Source: Staphylothermus sp.
GTDB taxonomy: Archaea > Thermoproteota > Thermoprotei_A > Sulfolobales > Desulfurococcaceae
Length of the DNA: 60,836 nucleotides
Assembly (NCBI GenBank): GCA_021157925.1
Contig: JAGGVR010000147.1
Span: 1 to 60,836 of the forward strand
Reading direction: 5' to 3'
Positions 47,160 to 57,358 of this stretch are shown one piece after another. A program made the translations under genes and the position numbers. Each line of letters starts with the position of its first letter. Position 1 is the first letter of the stretch. The notes under the pieces are model-generated. The model made no database searches, was not told the DNA's origin, and saw only the letters and a program-made list of their open reading frames with translations.

Positions 47160-48248
47160 TTAGAATCCTTTTCCAAAACTCGTTATTTGTTTTAATGCTA
47201 ACTGGACATATTCTCTCATTTTCTCAGGTAAGCCAATTAATGCCGATGACAAGAATCCTAATATGATCATTTTTGTAGCTTCTTCTTCTGATAATCCACG
47301 TGTTTGTAGATAAAAGATCTGTTCTCCGCTTATCTTGCCGATACTTGCTTCATGTGTTAGTCTTGTATTATTTGTCTTGGTTTCAAGAATTGGGGCTGTC
47401 TTATATATCCCTCTTCCTAGTACAAGTCCATTACATTCTATATGTCCTTTTGTCTCGTCTGCTTCGGCAATTATTTTAGCCATAACGTTCATGTATCCAT
47501 TCTCTTCTACAACACCTCTACTAGTAATTACTGCTCTAGAACCATTTCCTCGGAGCTCTATTAATGTATTAGTGTTTAACCTAGAGTTTTTGTGTGCAAC
47601 TGATGCTTCATGTACTTCTATAGTACTATTTTTCATTCCTATTAAGTGACCCGACAACCCGAGAGCTCTTATAGGCGAGATCTTGACATAGTAGTATTCG
47701 AACTTAGAATTCTCATCCATTAAGCCATAAGTCTTAGACCCTACATCAATATTCGAGGCCCAATTATGTATCATTAAGTTTTTCAACATTGAGTTCTTGC
47801 CAACATAGAGAAGGGTCATAGCCGAATGAGCTCCTTCCGATACAAGGCTGGCACATCCCTTAGCTATAAGTACGTTACTATTATCACCGATGTTAATGAT
47901 ATTGATTATTCTCTGAGTTATGCCTCGTGTTCCTATTATGAAGCACCCATATATAGGGATCGGGACATTTGTTCTAGGTGGGACTCGTATATAGAATCCT
48001 GCCGTATTTTCATCTACTTGTAATGGTTTATCATAATGTATTCTCGTGAGAAAATTCTTGATTTCTTCTTTGTTTTCCTCATATGCTTTTCTAATATCTT
48101 TGAAGACAACACCATATTTCTTTAAATACATTGCATAGTATCCAACAAATAATCTATCATCAAGTATTCCTGCAATAAGATTCTCCGATGCTGGTAAACC
48201 AGCTTTTTCAGCATAACGTGTTATTTCCGCTGTTTGTTTTACAACCAT
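47160..48248 (-). CDS. SufB/SufD-family Fe-S cluster assembly scaffold-like protein
   Basis: C-terminal ..RLTHEASIGKISGEQIFYLQTRGLSEEEATKMIILGF, the SufBD beta-helix signature. There is no adjacent sufC. Confidence 0.7.
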   Translation of the reverse strand: MVVKQTAEITRYAEKAGLPASENLIAGILDDRLFVGYYAMYLKKYGVVFKDIRKAYEENKEEIKNFLTRIHYDKPLQVDENTAGFYIRVPPRTNVPIPIYGCFIIGTRGITQRIINIINIGDNSNVLIAKGCASLVSEGAHSAMTLLYVGKNSMLKNLMIHNWASNIDVGSKTYGLMDENSKFEYYYVKISPIRALGLSGHLIGMKNSTIEVHEASVAHKNSRLNTNTLIELRGNGSRAVITSRGVVEENGYMNVMAKIIAEADETKGHIECNGLVLGRGIYKTAPILETKTNNTRLTHEASIGKISGEQIFYLQTRGLSEEEATKMIILGFLSSALIGLPEKMREYVQLALKQITSFGKGF

Positions 48249-48296
48249 ATAATTCCCTCACATGTTCGTTTTGTCTATTCTTATTTTATTACAGTG

Positions 48297-48857
48297 TTAT
48301 ATACTATACTTCTTCCTACGCTCTTTTACAAGTCTAAGTGCTTCCTTGAAGAAAGTATGATCTGGTGATCCAAGTATATAATAAATAATAGATTCTGAAG
48401 GTAGGATCATCACTCCTTTCTTTTCAAGAGATCTTAATGCCCATTCATGATCATCCTTGATCTGTGAAGCTACAGTATCATAAGAAACAATTACATTATA
48501 ATCTTTTTCTAAAGCATCAATAGCTGTCTGTAATACACATATATGTGTCTCAATTCCTGTTAAGATCAATGTTTTTCTTTTTGTGCCTTCAAGAACTTTG
48601 ACAAAATCCTCACTACCGAAACAACTAAATGTCTTTTTCTCAATTACAGGGTATTTATTGATAAATTCTTTGAATTTATCTACTATTTCCCCAAGTTTTA
48701 CTTGTTTTGTCAATATAATTGGTGTACCAGCACTTTCAAGAGTTTTAGCGAGTGAATATATATTATGTATAAGCCTGTCATGGTCAGGTATTATTTTTAA
48801 TAACTTGTCTTGTAAATCAATTATAATCATTATTGTGTCGCCAAAGTCTATGAACAC
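48297..48857 (-). CDS. Isochorismatase-family cysteine hydrolase. The likely start is Met at 48830.
   Basis: MIIIDLQDKLL.. and LILTGIETHICVLQTAIDA (catalytic Cys). Confidence 0.8.
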   Translation of the reverse strand: MFIDFGDTIMIIIDLQDKLLKIIPDHDRLIHNIYSLAKTLESAGTPIILTKQVKLGEIVDKFKEFINKYPVIEKKTFSCFGSEDFVKVLEGTKRKTLILTGIETHICVLQTAIDALEKDYNVIVSYDTVASQIKDDHEWALRSLEKKGVMILPSESIIYYILGSPDHTFFKEALRLVKERRKKYSI

Positions 48858-48946
48858 TTTTACTCACCGAATTCTTTTTATTATGTATAATTACTAAAAA
48901 TATTAATCATGACCAAGTAGATACTTATGAAATCCATCCTTGAGCA

Positions 48947-50479
48947 TTGGTGATTAACGATATGGTTATTGTGAGTATTACTCCTGAAATAGGTTTAAAC
49001 GAGTTAAAAACATATGCTGGTGGTCTTGGAGTCCTTGAGGGAGATAAGCTATATGGTGCCGGAGATCTCGGCTTAGATTATCTAGTATTATCTCTTTTCT
49101 ATAGGCATGGTTATGTTAAATACAAGTTCTATGGAGAAGAACCAATACCTGAACCAGAAGAACAACCAGATACAGCATATGATGCCTTAAAACCCGAGCC
49201 CCAGTTCAAGATCATTCTACGCGGCGAGGAAATAATTGTGCAGCCGTGGATCTATAGATATAAGACAGCTAAAGCAGTATTATTCGAAGCAATTTGCCCT
49301 ATGTGGGCTAGGAGATTAACGGATCGCGTCTATGTTGAAGACAGTATTGAGCATCAGTTTATGAGATATGCTTTCCTAGCAAAATCAGCATTTAATTATT
49401 TAAAGAATAGAGTAGGGTTTGAAAATATAAGCATTATTGATCTCCAAGAAGCACACACTGCTCTAATACTATTAATGATGAACAACTATGATAAGGTAAG
49501 GATAATAATACACACACCTGGTCCTTGGGGACACCCTGGATTCCCAGGAGACTTCATCGCCAGAGAATTCGGAGTATTCACGGGAGACTACGTAGTATTA
49601 ACAGAAATGGCTCTCGAAAAACTAAGCAAAGCCATTGTTGTCTCGGAAAAACAAAGAGATGTCATCGGAAAGGTTTTTCCACGTCACAGAGATAAGATAA
49701 GCTCTATCACGAATGGTGTCTATTTAAAGAGATGGATGCATAGAGAACTATACAAAAAATATACCGAGAATAAACTATCAATAGAAGAGTTTAAGAAAAC
49801 CAAACCATTAATCAAGAACCAGTTATTAGAGTTCATAAAACAATACAAGGACAACTTAGCAATTGGTGATAAACCAGTAATTGTTTGGGCAAGAAGACTT
49901 GCAAGATACAAGAGACCATACTTTATCGCGAGGTTTATCGAGGAAAACCCTGATATCAACGCATTATTCGTCCTAGGAGGAAAACCCCACCCAAGAGACA
50001 ACGATGGTTTAAACTATGCTAGATGGTTTAGACGACTACACCTCAGACTGGCAAACGTAGTATATATCCACGACTACGATATATACAAAGCACAAATCCT
50101 CCTCCAAGGCGGAGACATATTATTATTCACACCTTTCAGCGGATGGGAAGCATGTGGAACAAGCTATATGAAAGCACTCATCAACGGAGTACCAATACTC
50201 TCAAGCAAGGACGGGGGAGTAATAGAAGTAATAGAAGACGGCGTAAATGGATGGTTATTTGGAGAAGATATTAGAGACTTCATCAATATCTACAACGATC
50301 CAAGAGCTCAAAACATCGATGAAAGAGATTATGAAGAATTCAAGAACAAATTACTCAAAATAATAGACCTCTACAACAATGATAGAGAAAAATACTGGGA
50401 AATAGCATACAATGCTATAAAAATGATTCCAGAAAAAGTATCCATCAAAAACATGTTAAAGAAATACTATATTAAATAA
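48947..50479 (+). CDS. Alpha-glucan (glycogen/maltodextrin) phosphorylase, short archaeal GT35 type
   Basis: N-terminal YAGGLGVLEGDKL..LGLDYLVLSLFYRHGY and C-terminal GWEACGTSYMKALINGV (PLP lysine context). Confidence 0.75.
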   Translation: MVINDMVIVSITPEIGLNELKTYAGGLGVLEGDKLYGAGDLGLDYLVLSLFYRHGYVKYKFYGEEPIPEPEEQPDTAYDALKPEPQFKIILRGEEIIVQPWIYRYKTAKAVLFEAICPMWARRLTDRVYVEDSIEHQFMRYAFLAKSAFNYLKNRVGFENISIIDLQEAHTALILLMMNNYDKVRIIIHTPGPWGHPGFPGDFIAREFGVFTGDYVVLTEMALEKLSKAIVVSEKQRDVIGKVFPRHRDKISSITNGVYLKRWMHRELYKKYTENKLSIEEFKKTKPLIKNQLLEFIKQYKDNLAIGDKPVIVWARRLARYKRPYFIARFIEENPDINALFVLGGKPHPRDNDGLNYARWFRRLHLRLANVVYIHDYDIYKAQILLQGGDILLFTPFSGWEACGTSYMKALINGVPILSSKDGGVIEVIEDGVNGWLFGEDIRDFINIYNDPRAQNIDERDYEEFKNKLLKIIDLYNNDREKYWEIAYNAIKMIPEKVSIKNMLKKYYIK

Positions 50480-50545
50480 GCACGGTAATTCTACGCACTC
50501 TTCTTTTTAAATATTGATCGCCCAGATTCTTTTAAGGGGTTATTA

Positions 50546-50863
50546 TTGACTCGTAGAGAAATAGATCTAGAAAAGATAATAATTGACCTTGGCAACCTCA
50601 AGTTAACGGGCAAAGAATTCATAGACACAATTGAAGAAGAAAGAAAAAGAGTACTTAACTCATATGGAGTAACAACGGAATACGAGCTTTTACAACTATA
50701 TAAAAACGGTCTCATGAGCTACGAAAAATATTATAGAGTAATGATGCACCTACACATACTCGACGAAATGAAACAATGTGTTTATGAAGAAATAGGAATA
50801 AACAATTACCTATTACACACAAACGCTCCAAGTTTAAGTAAAAAACCAATAAAAGCTTATTAA
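50546..50863 (+). CDS. Hypothetical small protein (105 aa)
   Basis: ORF only, with a TTG start and no recognisable motif. Confidence 0.35.
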   Translation: MTRREIDLEKIIIDLGNLKLTGKEFIDTIEEERKRVLNSYGVTTEYELLQLYKNGLMSYEKYYRVMMHLHILDEMKQCVYEEIGINNYLLHTNAPSLSKKPIKAY

Positions 50864-50872
50864 TGAAAACAA

Positions 50873-51832
50873 TTACTTAGACCGCTTTTTCATTACGAAG
50901 ATAATAACTACTATGACAACAATTACAATTAATATTATGCTTAGATCAATTACTACGTTATTATTCGTTTGAGTATTTAGTAGCTTTATATTCACCAGTA
51001 TATTGTCCCAATCTATTTTAATTTCGCCATGGTATTCGCTAACGCTGGTAGATGATGCGAACGAAGCATAGGATGTTAGTAAGGGATGTTTATCCTCAAT
51101 GGCGATCCAGAATCTCATATTTTGATAGCGAAGAACAATAAATGGGGTCAAAGTCTCGTTTCTTCCAAGGGATAAATATATGTCTTCAACCAATAGTTTA
51201 CCTGGATCGTCTATATTTACACCAGCTTCTCTTATCTGTGATAGGATCTCTTCTAGATACTTATCATCAATTTTAACTCTTATCACTTCTCTTCCTAGTG
51301 TCGGTATGAATCCTTCTACATATACTGCTGAGAAACCATTGTTAAGTTTTGGATTACAACACCTAACTTTAAGCGGAGGCTCCAACCTGTATCCTTCTAA
51401 ATAAAAGTAATAGACTTCGTATGGATTATAGAAAACCTTTCTAATAATCCTAGAAGTTGGAACATAACATGTGGTTGTATTATTAGTAACATTACAGATA
51501 TGCCCTGTAATCATGTAAGCAGTCTTTTCACCATATTGACCTTTCCAAACAATCTTGAGAAACTCTGATTTATCAGGCAGTCTACCCCTAATAACGGACC
51601 TAATATTCTCTAAGTAATCTTTGAAACTAATGTTGCAAGATTGATATTCATTTGCATTTCCACTGTTTATCTTGATATAGAAATGCCCTAGATCACCCAA
51701 TGCTACGATCAACTTTGTCTTATTAGTTTTATATTCGAATATGTATATCTTTTCCTCATTTAGCGTACTATATCCTTTCATCTGCAAATAAGTAAGTATC
51801 TTACTTGGTTCACACGTGATTAGATAAAGCAC
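50873..51832 (-). CDS. Orphan surface protein with a C-terminal TM anchor. The main frame is open to about 51933, and the signal-peptide exon-like ORF (52067..51909) is in another frame.
   Basis: C-terminus ..VVIDLSIILIVIVVIVVIIFVMKKRSK. The upstream ORF MNKMVLNTFNVFLIVLLLLILISTTCFGV.. ends in TAA after an A6 run. Confidence 0.55.
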   Translation of the reverse strand: MLYLITCEPSKILTYLQMKGYSTLNEEKIYIFEYKTNKTKLIVALGDLGHFYIKINSGNANEYQSCNISFKDYLENIRSVIRGRLPDKSEFLKIVWKGQYGEKTAYMITGHICNVTNNTTTCYVPTSRIIRKVFYNPYEVYYFYLEGYRLEPPLKVRCCNPKLNNGFSAVYVEGFIPTLGREVIRVKIDDKYLEEILSQIREAGVNIDDPGKLLVEDIYLSLGRNETLTPFIVLRYQNMRFWIAIEDKHPLLTSYASFASSTSVSEYHGEIKIDWDNILVNIKLLNTQTNNNVVIDLSIILIVIVVIVVIIFVMKKRSK

Positions 51833-52294
51833 TTGGCTTAGCCATTCATTTAACTCATCAAGTTTTATAATACCGCTCTTAGTATTTGGTCGAGTGATCC
51901 TCCTAACTTTATATAATCTGAAAGTTTTTTCCCTTCAGATCCTTTAAAGAGATATAATGTTCAGTGTCTTCTGTGAAAACTACACCAAAACAAGTAGTTG
52001 ATATTAAAATCAACAATAAAAGTACGATCAGAAACACATTAAATGTATTAAGAACCATTTTATTCATATTGCCCGAGAACATTGAAGTTCTCCTTTATTC
52101 TTCTCTATAATCTCCTTATTCGAATATATAAATAAAACTTGATATCATAGTTTTTCGTAACGGGAATGTGAAAACATATGAGTAGCTTTTAATTAATTCA
52201 AAGTTTTCCATTGTTAGGATGAGTTTCCTTGATGAATGCTTATGAAGTATATCTTTATTTATAATATCAATTATAGATCCAATACGGTGTTTAT

Positions 52295-52672
52295 ATGTCC
52301 GGAGAAATAGTTCTTGGATCATATGGCGAGAAACTAGGTCATTATACTCTTGTTAAGAAAGAAAAAGTACCGGAAGACATGGCTGAGAAGACATGGATTA
52401 GATGGCTTATCCGTAAAGAGGATGGTGCACCTAATTTTGCTATGCGCGTATTCGAGGTAGAGTCCGGTGGGCATATTAAGGCACACTCTCATCCATGGGA
52501 ACACGAGATCTTTGTTCTTGAGGGAGTGGGTGATATTAGGATTGGTGATAGAGTATATAGGGTTACAAGCGGCTTCTTCATATACATACCTCCCAACGTT
52601 GAACATGAGTACTGGAATAAGGGAGACAAGCCACTTGTGTTCATATGTTTGATTCCTCATACAAAACAATAA
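52295..52672 (+). CDS. Cupin-2 domain protein
   Basis: GGHIKAHSHPWEHEIFVLEG ... PPNVEHEY (HxH..E...H metal motif). Confidence 0.8.
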   Translation: MSGEIVLGSYGEKLGHYTLVKKEKVPEDMAEKTWIRWLIRKEDGAPNFAMRVFEVESGGHIKAHSHPWEHEIFVLEGVGDIRIGDRVYRVTSGFFIYIPPNVEHEYWNKGDKPLVFICLIPHTKQ

Positions 52673-52727
52673 CTCTATTTTTATTATTCAAGAATTTTAA
52701 AAATAGGCTGGTCAAGTGTGAGTTGAA

Positions 52728-53597
52728 TTGGTTAGAATAGGGATTATTGGAGCAGGACTTATGGGGTCTTCAACTGCAAAGTGTTTAGCAAGTAAGGGAC
52801 ACGATATACTAGTATATAATAGGACTAGGTCTAAAGCAGAAAAACTATGTAAAGAAATAGGTTGCAAAGTTGTTGATTATCCACGTGAACTAGGTGATGT
52901 AGATTACATACTTGTGTTTGTACTAGATGATAATGCCTTATTCAACATTGTTTTTTCGAGAGAGGGGCTAATGAGTATTGAGAACAAGGACATAATTATT
53001 GTTAATGCATCAACAATAACACCAATGACTAGCGAATTAATATACAAGGTTTTACGAGATAAGGGAATAACGTACGTTGAAGCACCAGTTTATGGTAGTG
53101 TTGATGAAGCCTTGAACTGTAGCTTGGTATCCATGGTTTCTTGTGAAGAAAAAATATATGGAAAAGCCGTGGAGTTCATAAAAGAATATAGCTCTGAAAT
53201 AATCTATGTTGGAGAAATACCGAAGGCTATGGCTCTCAAACTGTCTCTAAACAATATAGGATTATCAATGCCGCCAATCATTGCTGAAAGCTTAGCATTA
53301 CTTGAAGCCTATAATGTAGATCTCAGTATATTCTTGAATGTATCTTCCAAGCTTTGGTTCGGGAAAATTCTTGAGAGATATCTTAATAGAATTATGAAAC
53401 CTTCTAGACACGTAAGATTCACTACTCATGGAGCATCTAAAGACTATAGATTAATAACTAGGACTCTAATAACCAATAATTATCCATCAATAATATCATC
53501 TGCTATGATGAATTTTTATTCGGCTGCAACGAGAAAGTATGGTGGAGAAGATTATCCTAAAGCGGCTAAGTGGATTTTGAAAAAAGAAAATAAATAA
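52728..53597 (+). CDS. NAD(P)-dependent beta-hydroxyacid dehydrogenase (3-hydroxyisobutyrate / 6-phosphogluconate dehydrogenase-like)
   Basis: VRIGIIGAGLMGSSTAKCLASKGHDILVYNRT; TTG start. Confidence 0.8.
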   Translation: MVRIGIIGAGLMGSSTAKCLASKGHDILVYNRTRSKAEKLCKEIGCKVVDYPRELGDVDYILVFVLDDNALFNIVFSREGLMSIENKDIIIVNASTITPMTSELIYKVLRDKGITYVEAPVYGSVDEALNCSLVSMVSCEEKIYGKAVEFIKEYSSEIIYVGEIPKAMALKLSLNNIGLSMPPIIAESLALLEAYNVDLSIFLNVSSKLWFGKILERYLNRIMKPSRHVRFTTHGASKDYRLITRTLITNNYPSIISSAMMNFYSAATRKYGGEDYPKAAKWILKKENK

Positions 53598-53609
53598 AAA
53601 CAATCGTTT

Positions 53610-54035
53610 TTACCTTACTATGATTACTGTGACTGGGGAGTTACTGGCTATACTGATAGCCTTGCTTCCAATTGTTAGTTCGCTTGATAGAGTTCTTCCA
53701 CGTGCACCCATTACTACTAAGTCATAGTTTCCCTCAGTTATTTCTTCTAAGAGCTTGCCAGCTGTACTATTTTCTGCTGGATCGAATTCTAGTGTTTTGA
53801 ATTCTACATTAACTCCTTTTCCTTCTATTCTTTTCTTGGCTTTTTCTAATGGGTCGAAATCTGGTTTGTAGTCCTTTGGTTTTACAAATACTACTGTAAT
53901 ATGTGAACCATAATGCTTAGCAAGGTCAGCTGCCAAGTCTAATGCTTTTAAACTATTTTCACTACCATCTACTGGAACTATTATTTTTCTAAACATAAAG
54001 CTTATTTCATATGTAGGGGCTTCTTTGTAAGCCAT
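53610..54035 (-). CDS. Universal stress protein (UspA family)
   Basis: KIIVPVDGSENSLKAL .. DLVVMGARGR .. SNSPVTVIIVR. Confidence 0.85.
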   Translation of the reverse strand: MAYKEAPTYEISFMFRKIIVPVDGSENSLKALDLAADLAKHYGSHITVVFVKPKDYKPDFDPLEKAKKRIEGKGVNVEFKTLEFDPAENSTAGKLLEEITEGNYDLVVMGARGRTLSSELTIGSKAISIASNSPVTVIIVR

Positions 54036-54103
54036 CTATTTCCACCTCTCGTACCATTTAATATAATATTGATACAACTATAAGAGAATAATTAGGATAA
54101 AAA

Positions 54104-55129
54104 CTAGATGAATTTACCCAAACCAAGTATTTCATCTGTTAACTCTATAGTTTTATGTACATTAGGCGATGATACAATTGCTCTAATAGCATCTATGTTT
54201 TCTGGTACAACTATCGATTCTTGATGAACAGCTTGTACAAGCCACAACTCGTTTTCATGAGCATATATTGTGTTCTTCCATATCACGAGTTCAGGTATAT
54301 CGTGTCTTTTTCTACCAAGATCTCTAGCCGCCTCAATTATTTTGGCTGTAGAGTCTATTCCCGTCGACTCTGTATCTAGTAATAATATTCTCTTGGTTGA
54401 TCTCAATGATTCAATTATATCTTTCCTATCAACATTATTTTCAAATACAATATATACGCTATGAACATGCATTAGTGTAGTTGGTACTATAAAGGCTGTC
54501 GTCAATATATCCAGCCACGGCAATACCGTTTTGACGTCTTCGGCGTGATGACTGGGTATTTCTGCGGGATTAAGCTTTATACTATCAACAGGTCCTCTCT
54601 TATCCTCCTTGGGATCGGCTGCTCTACGAATAATGGTGGCTCTAACCTTTTTGATCTTGAAATATTTATTTAGTGTACATATTAACCTAAGTAAGGCCGT
54701 GGTATTACAACTAACAACTCTTAAACTCTCTGAACCAATACATTCTTCTAAATTGCATAAGGAACTAAAACTTTTCTTGGCAACAAATGGTTTTTCTCCA
54801 CCTTGAAAGATCACCTTTATACCATACTTCTCATATATTTCTTTATACTTAGCACCTACTCCACCAGGTGTTGCATCTACAACGACTTCAGCTTCTCTAA
54901 GTAAATCCTGCAAAACACCATGTGGCTCTATACCTGTTTCTTTGAAAGTATTTAGTTTATCTTCGGGGACATATAGTTTTAAACCATTCCTTACAATCAT
55001 CCTAGCTAAATAATCGGGCCTAGTCTTTACGACACCAATCAATTCCATATCGGGCATTAGTTGAATTGCTTCTGCTACTCTTTTGCCTATTGTGCCAAAA
55101 CCATTTATAGCTACCTTGATTTTAGTCAT
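54104..55129 (-). CDS. gap: Glyceraldehyde-3-phosphate dehydrogenase, archaeal type II
   Basis: KVAINGFGTIGKRVAEA, catalytic VVSCNTT, 341 aa. It lies directly downstream of pgk. Confidence 0.9.
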   Translation of the reverse strand: MTKIKVAINGFGTIGKRVAEAIQLMPDMELIGVVKTRPDYLARMIVRNGLKLYVPEDKLNTFKETGIEPHGVLQDLLREAEVVVDATPGGVGAKYKEIYEKYGIKVIFQGGEKPFVAKKSFSSLCNLEECIGSESLRVVSCNTTALLRLICTLNKYFKIKKVRATIIRRAADPKEDKRGPVDSIKLNPAEIPSHHAEDVKTVLPWLDILTTAFIVPTTLMHVHSVYIVFENNVDRKDIIESLRSTKRILLLDTESTGIDSTAKIIEAARDLGRKRHDIPELVIWKNTIYAHENELWLVQAVHQESIVVPENIDAIRAIVSSPNVHKTIELTDEILGLGKFI

Positions 55130-55197
55130 AAGTCATTCACCATATATGGTATTAAGTTAAAGATAAAATGTAGAAGGATCTTCCAAAATGTTATAGA

Positions 55198-56433
55198 TTA
55201 GCCGAGAAACATTTTAGCTGATAATTCTAAAGCTTTAAGTGCTGGTAATGTTTCTCCGGATAAGAATAGGAGCAATGCATTGCCTCCTGTCGATACATGC
55301 ACATGATCGTTTATCATTGATTCATCGATCATTGATGCTAAATGTCCTCCACCGATTAATACAAAGGCCTTACTCTCAACGGCTGATTTTAATAATGTAT
55401 TAGTACCTACACGGAATCTTTCGTCTTCGATGACACCAGCAGGGCCTCTCATCACGACTATTTTAGCGTCTTTGATAAATTCACTGTAGATTTTTGCAGT
55501 GTTTTCACCAATATCCATGATCTTGCCCTTTATCTCGCCTAACCCTGTGTTTATTATTTCATTATCTACTAATACTTTGAAATCTATTGGTGTCTCTATA
55601 GGTGCTCCTCTTAATAATATATGTCTTGCACGAGGTATTAATGGGAGGACACCTTTTTCTTCAAGATACCTCATGTTCTCTGTACCTATATTAATACCCT
55701 TAGCTACTAGGAACAGTTGTGCTAATAATCCAGTTGTCAATATTCTATCGGCCATATTGTTTCTTATTAGGTTCTCGATCACTCTTAATAGGTCTCTAAC
55801 TTTTGTGCCACCCAATACAAATATTCTAGGCGATTCGAAGCTTTCAGTGACTTTCCTCAAGGCATTAATTTCTTTCTCGAATAATGGTCCAGCCGCACTC
55901 GGTAATACTAATGGAAACCCAACTATGCTGGGTTGACTTCTGTGTGCTGTTGCGAATGCATCATTTACATATACATCAAACAACGACGCTAGTCTTCTGA
56001 CAAATATTGTATAACTCTGTTTCTCGGGCGTCGCTTCAATAACTTCTTCGGATACAAGTCTGAGGTTATCCAATAATAAGACTTCGCCTGGTCTGAGCTT
56101 TGATATTTCTTCTCTAGCTGATGGACCGATAACATCATCTACGAACTTTATATCCGTACCTGTATATTTAGCTAGGAGTTCAGCATGCTTTTCTAATGTC
56201 GTAAAGTCAAGTTCTCCTGGTCTACCTTGGTGAGAACCTAAGACTAGAGCAGGACTGTACTTATCCATTACTTCTTTTATTGTTTTTGCATGTATCCTAA
56301 TCCTTCTATCATCTAGTATTTCTTTGGTTTCTGGATCTATTGGGACATTGATATCTATTCTCATAAATACCTTTTTCTCAGTGATATCAATGTCTTTCAA
56401 TGTTGGTATACGTGGAACCTTTGTACTTGACAT
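55198..56433 (-). CDS. pgk: Phosphoglycerate kinase
   Basis: KKVFMRIDINVPID, GSHQGRPG, FATAHR, and C-terminal STGGNALL. Confidence 0.95.
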   Translation of the reverse strand: MSSTKVPRIPTLKDIDITEKKVFMRIDINVPIDPETKEILDDRRIRIHAKTIKEVMDKYSPALVLGSHQGRPGELDFTTLEKHAELLAKYTGTDIKFVDDVIGPSAREEISKLRPGEVLLLDNLRLVSEEVIEATPEKQSYTIFVRRLASLFDVYVNDAFATAHRSQPSIVGFPLVLPSAAGPLFEKEINALRKVTESFESPRIFVLGGTKVRDLLRVIENLIRNNMADRILTTGLLAQLFLVAKGINIGTENMRYLEEKGVLPLIPRARHILLRGAPIETPIDFKVLVDNEIINTGLGEIKGKIMDIGENTAKIYSEFIKDAKIVVMRGPAGVIEDERFRVGTNTLLKSAVESKAFVLIGGGHLASMIDESMINDHVHVSTGGNALLLFLSGETLPALKALELSAKMFLG

Positions 56434-56559
56434 AAAATACCACCTCGATAACTTATGTATAGTATTAGTATATATTGATGATTGGAGAAGATTGATTACA
56501 ATAAATAATCAAACCCTGTTCCTATCTATTTATAATTTTAAATCAAACATATAAATTTT

Positions 56560-57102
56560 TCAAATAGTAGTTGTCATCGACTTATTCAATACTGATATAA
56601 TACCTTCCTTCTTAAAGTCTATCCTTAGTGTTATATCAGCAATATAATAATTAAGAGGAGTATAATCTGATACAACTGGATTAACAATTATTATTTCCCA
56701 TCCTTTTTCTGAAACAATTTGCAATGCATACTTTAGCTTGGGTAAGTGAGTATTTTCTATTTGAGAGAATAAATCTCTTCTATAAGGCAATACGAGTAAT
56801 AGAGCAGAATTATTTGATTTATTTAGCAACAATAATTGCGTGGTAACGATATTGATATCATCAGCTAAAAACACTGGAATACCGAAATCGATTATTAATG
56901 GCTCTAGATCATAAAATATTTTCTTAACAATAGGAAATTTTTTATTATTGAAGAAGATTATTCTTAGATTCTTCTTTATTGCAATTCTAATCAGAATAGT
57001 ACCTAGCTCTACAACATGATTACCCCAATCACTCTCTATTTCCACCATATTATATGGTTTAAGGAAATCATCTAGTTCTCTGGTCCCGGTTTCAATCATC
57101 AT
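56560..57102 (-). CDS. Hypothetical protein, possibly a degenerate RecA/KaiC-fold protein lacking a P-loop
   Basis: It starts like KaiC/RadB (ETGTRELDDFL..) but has IESDWGNHVVEL where GxxGxGKT is expected. The rest alternates hydrophobic strands. Confidence 0.4.
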   Translation of the reverse strand: MMIETGTRELDDFLKPYNMVEIESDWGNHVVELGTILIRIAIKKNLRIIFFNNKKFPIVKKIFYDLEPLIIDFGIPVFLADDINIVTTQLLLLNKSNNSALLLVLPYRRDLFSQIENTHLPKLKYALQIVSEKGWEIIIVNPVVSDYTPLNYYIADITLRIDFKKEGIISVLNKSMTTTI

Positions 57103-57358
57103 TAATACCCTACATTATGAAAAGAAGTACTAAACAAGAAGAGACCTTAGCGAAAATATTTCTAAATAGATTAAATGAAGTTGAAACTTATTTATCGATT
57201 ACTTATACATAATATGGAAGTCTTTGTTATATAATATTATAATATATTGAGAATACTTAATGATCATGTTTAAAGAATACCTAATTTAGATACGATGACC
57301 AGTATTCCGATAAGAATATAAGATATTTTTCAAATAATTATAAACAGGTTAGGTAACC

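Noticed and set aside
52116-52322. A 68-aa minus-strand ORF in the divergent spacer upstream of the cupin gene.
   Set aside because: It overlaps the cupin start, has no motif, and lies in an AT-rich promoter region. It is most likely not coding.
56476-56535. UUGAUGA ... CUGU in the spacer upstream of pgk.
   Set aside because: There is no proper D box (CUGU rather than CUGA) and no internal D'/C' pair. The region is better explained as the pgk promoter.
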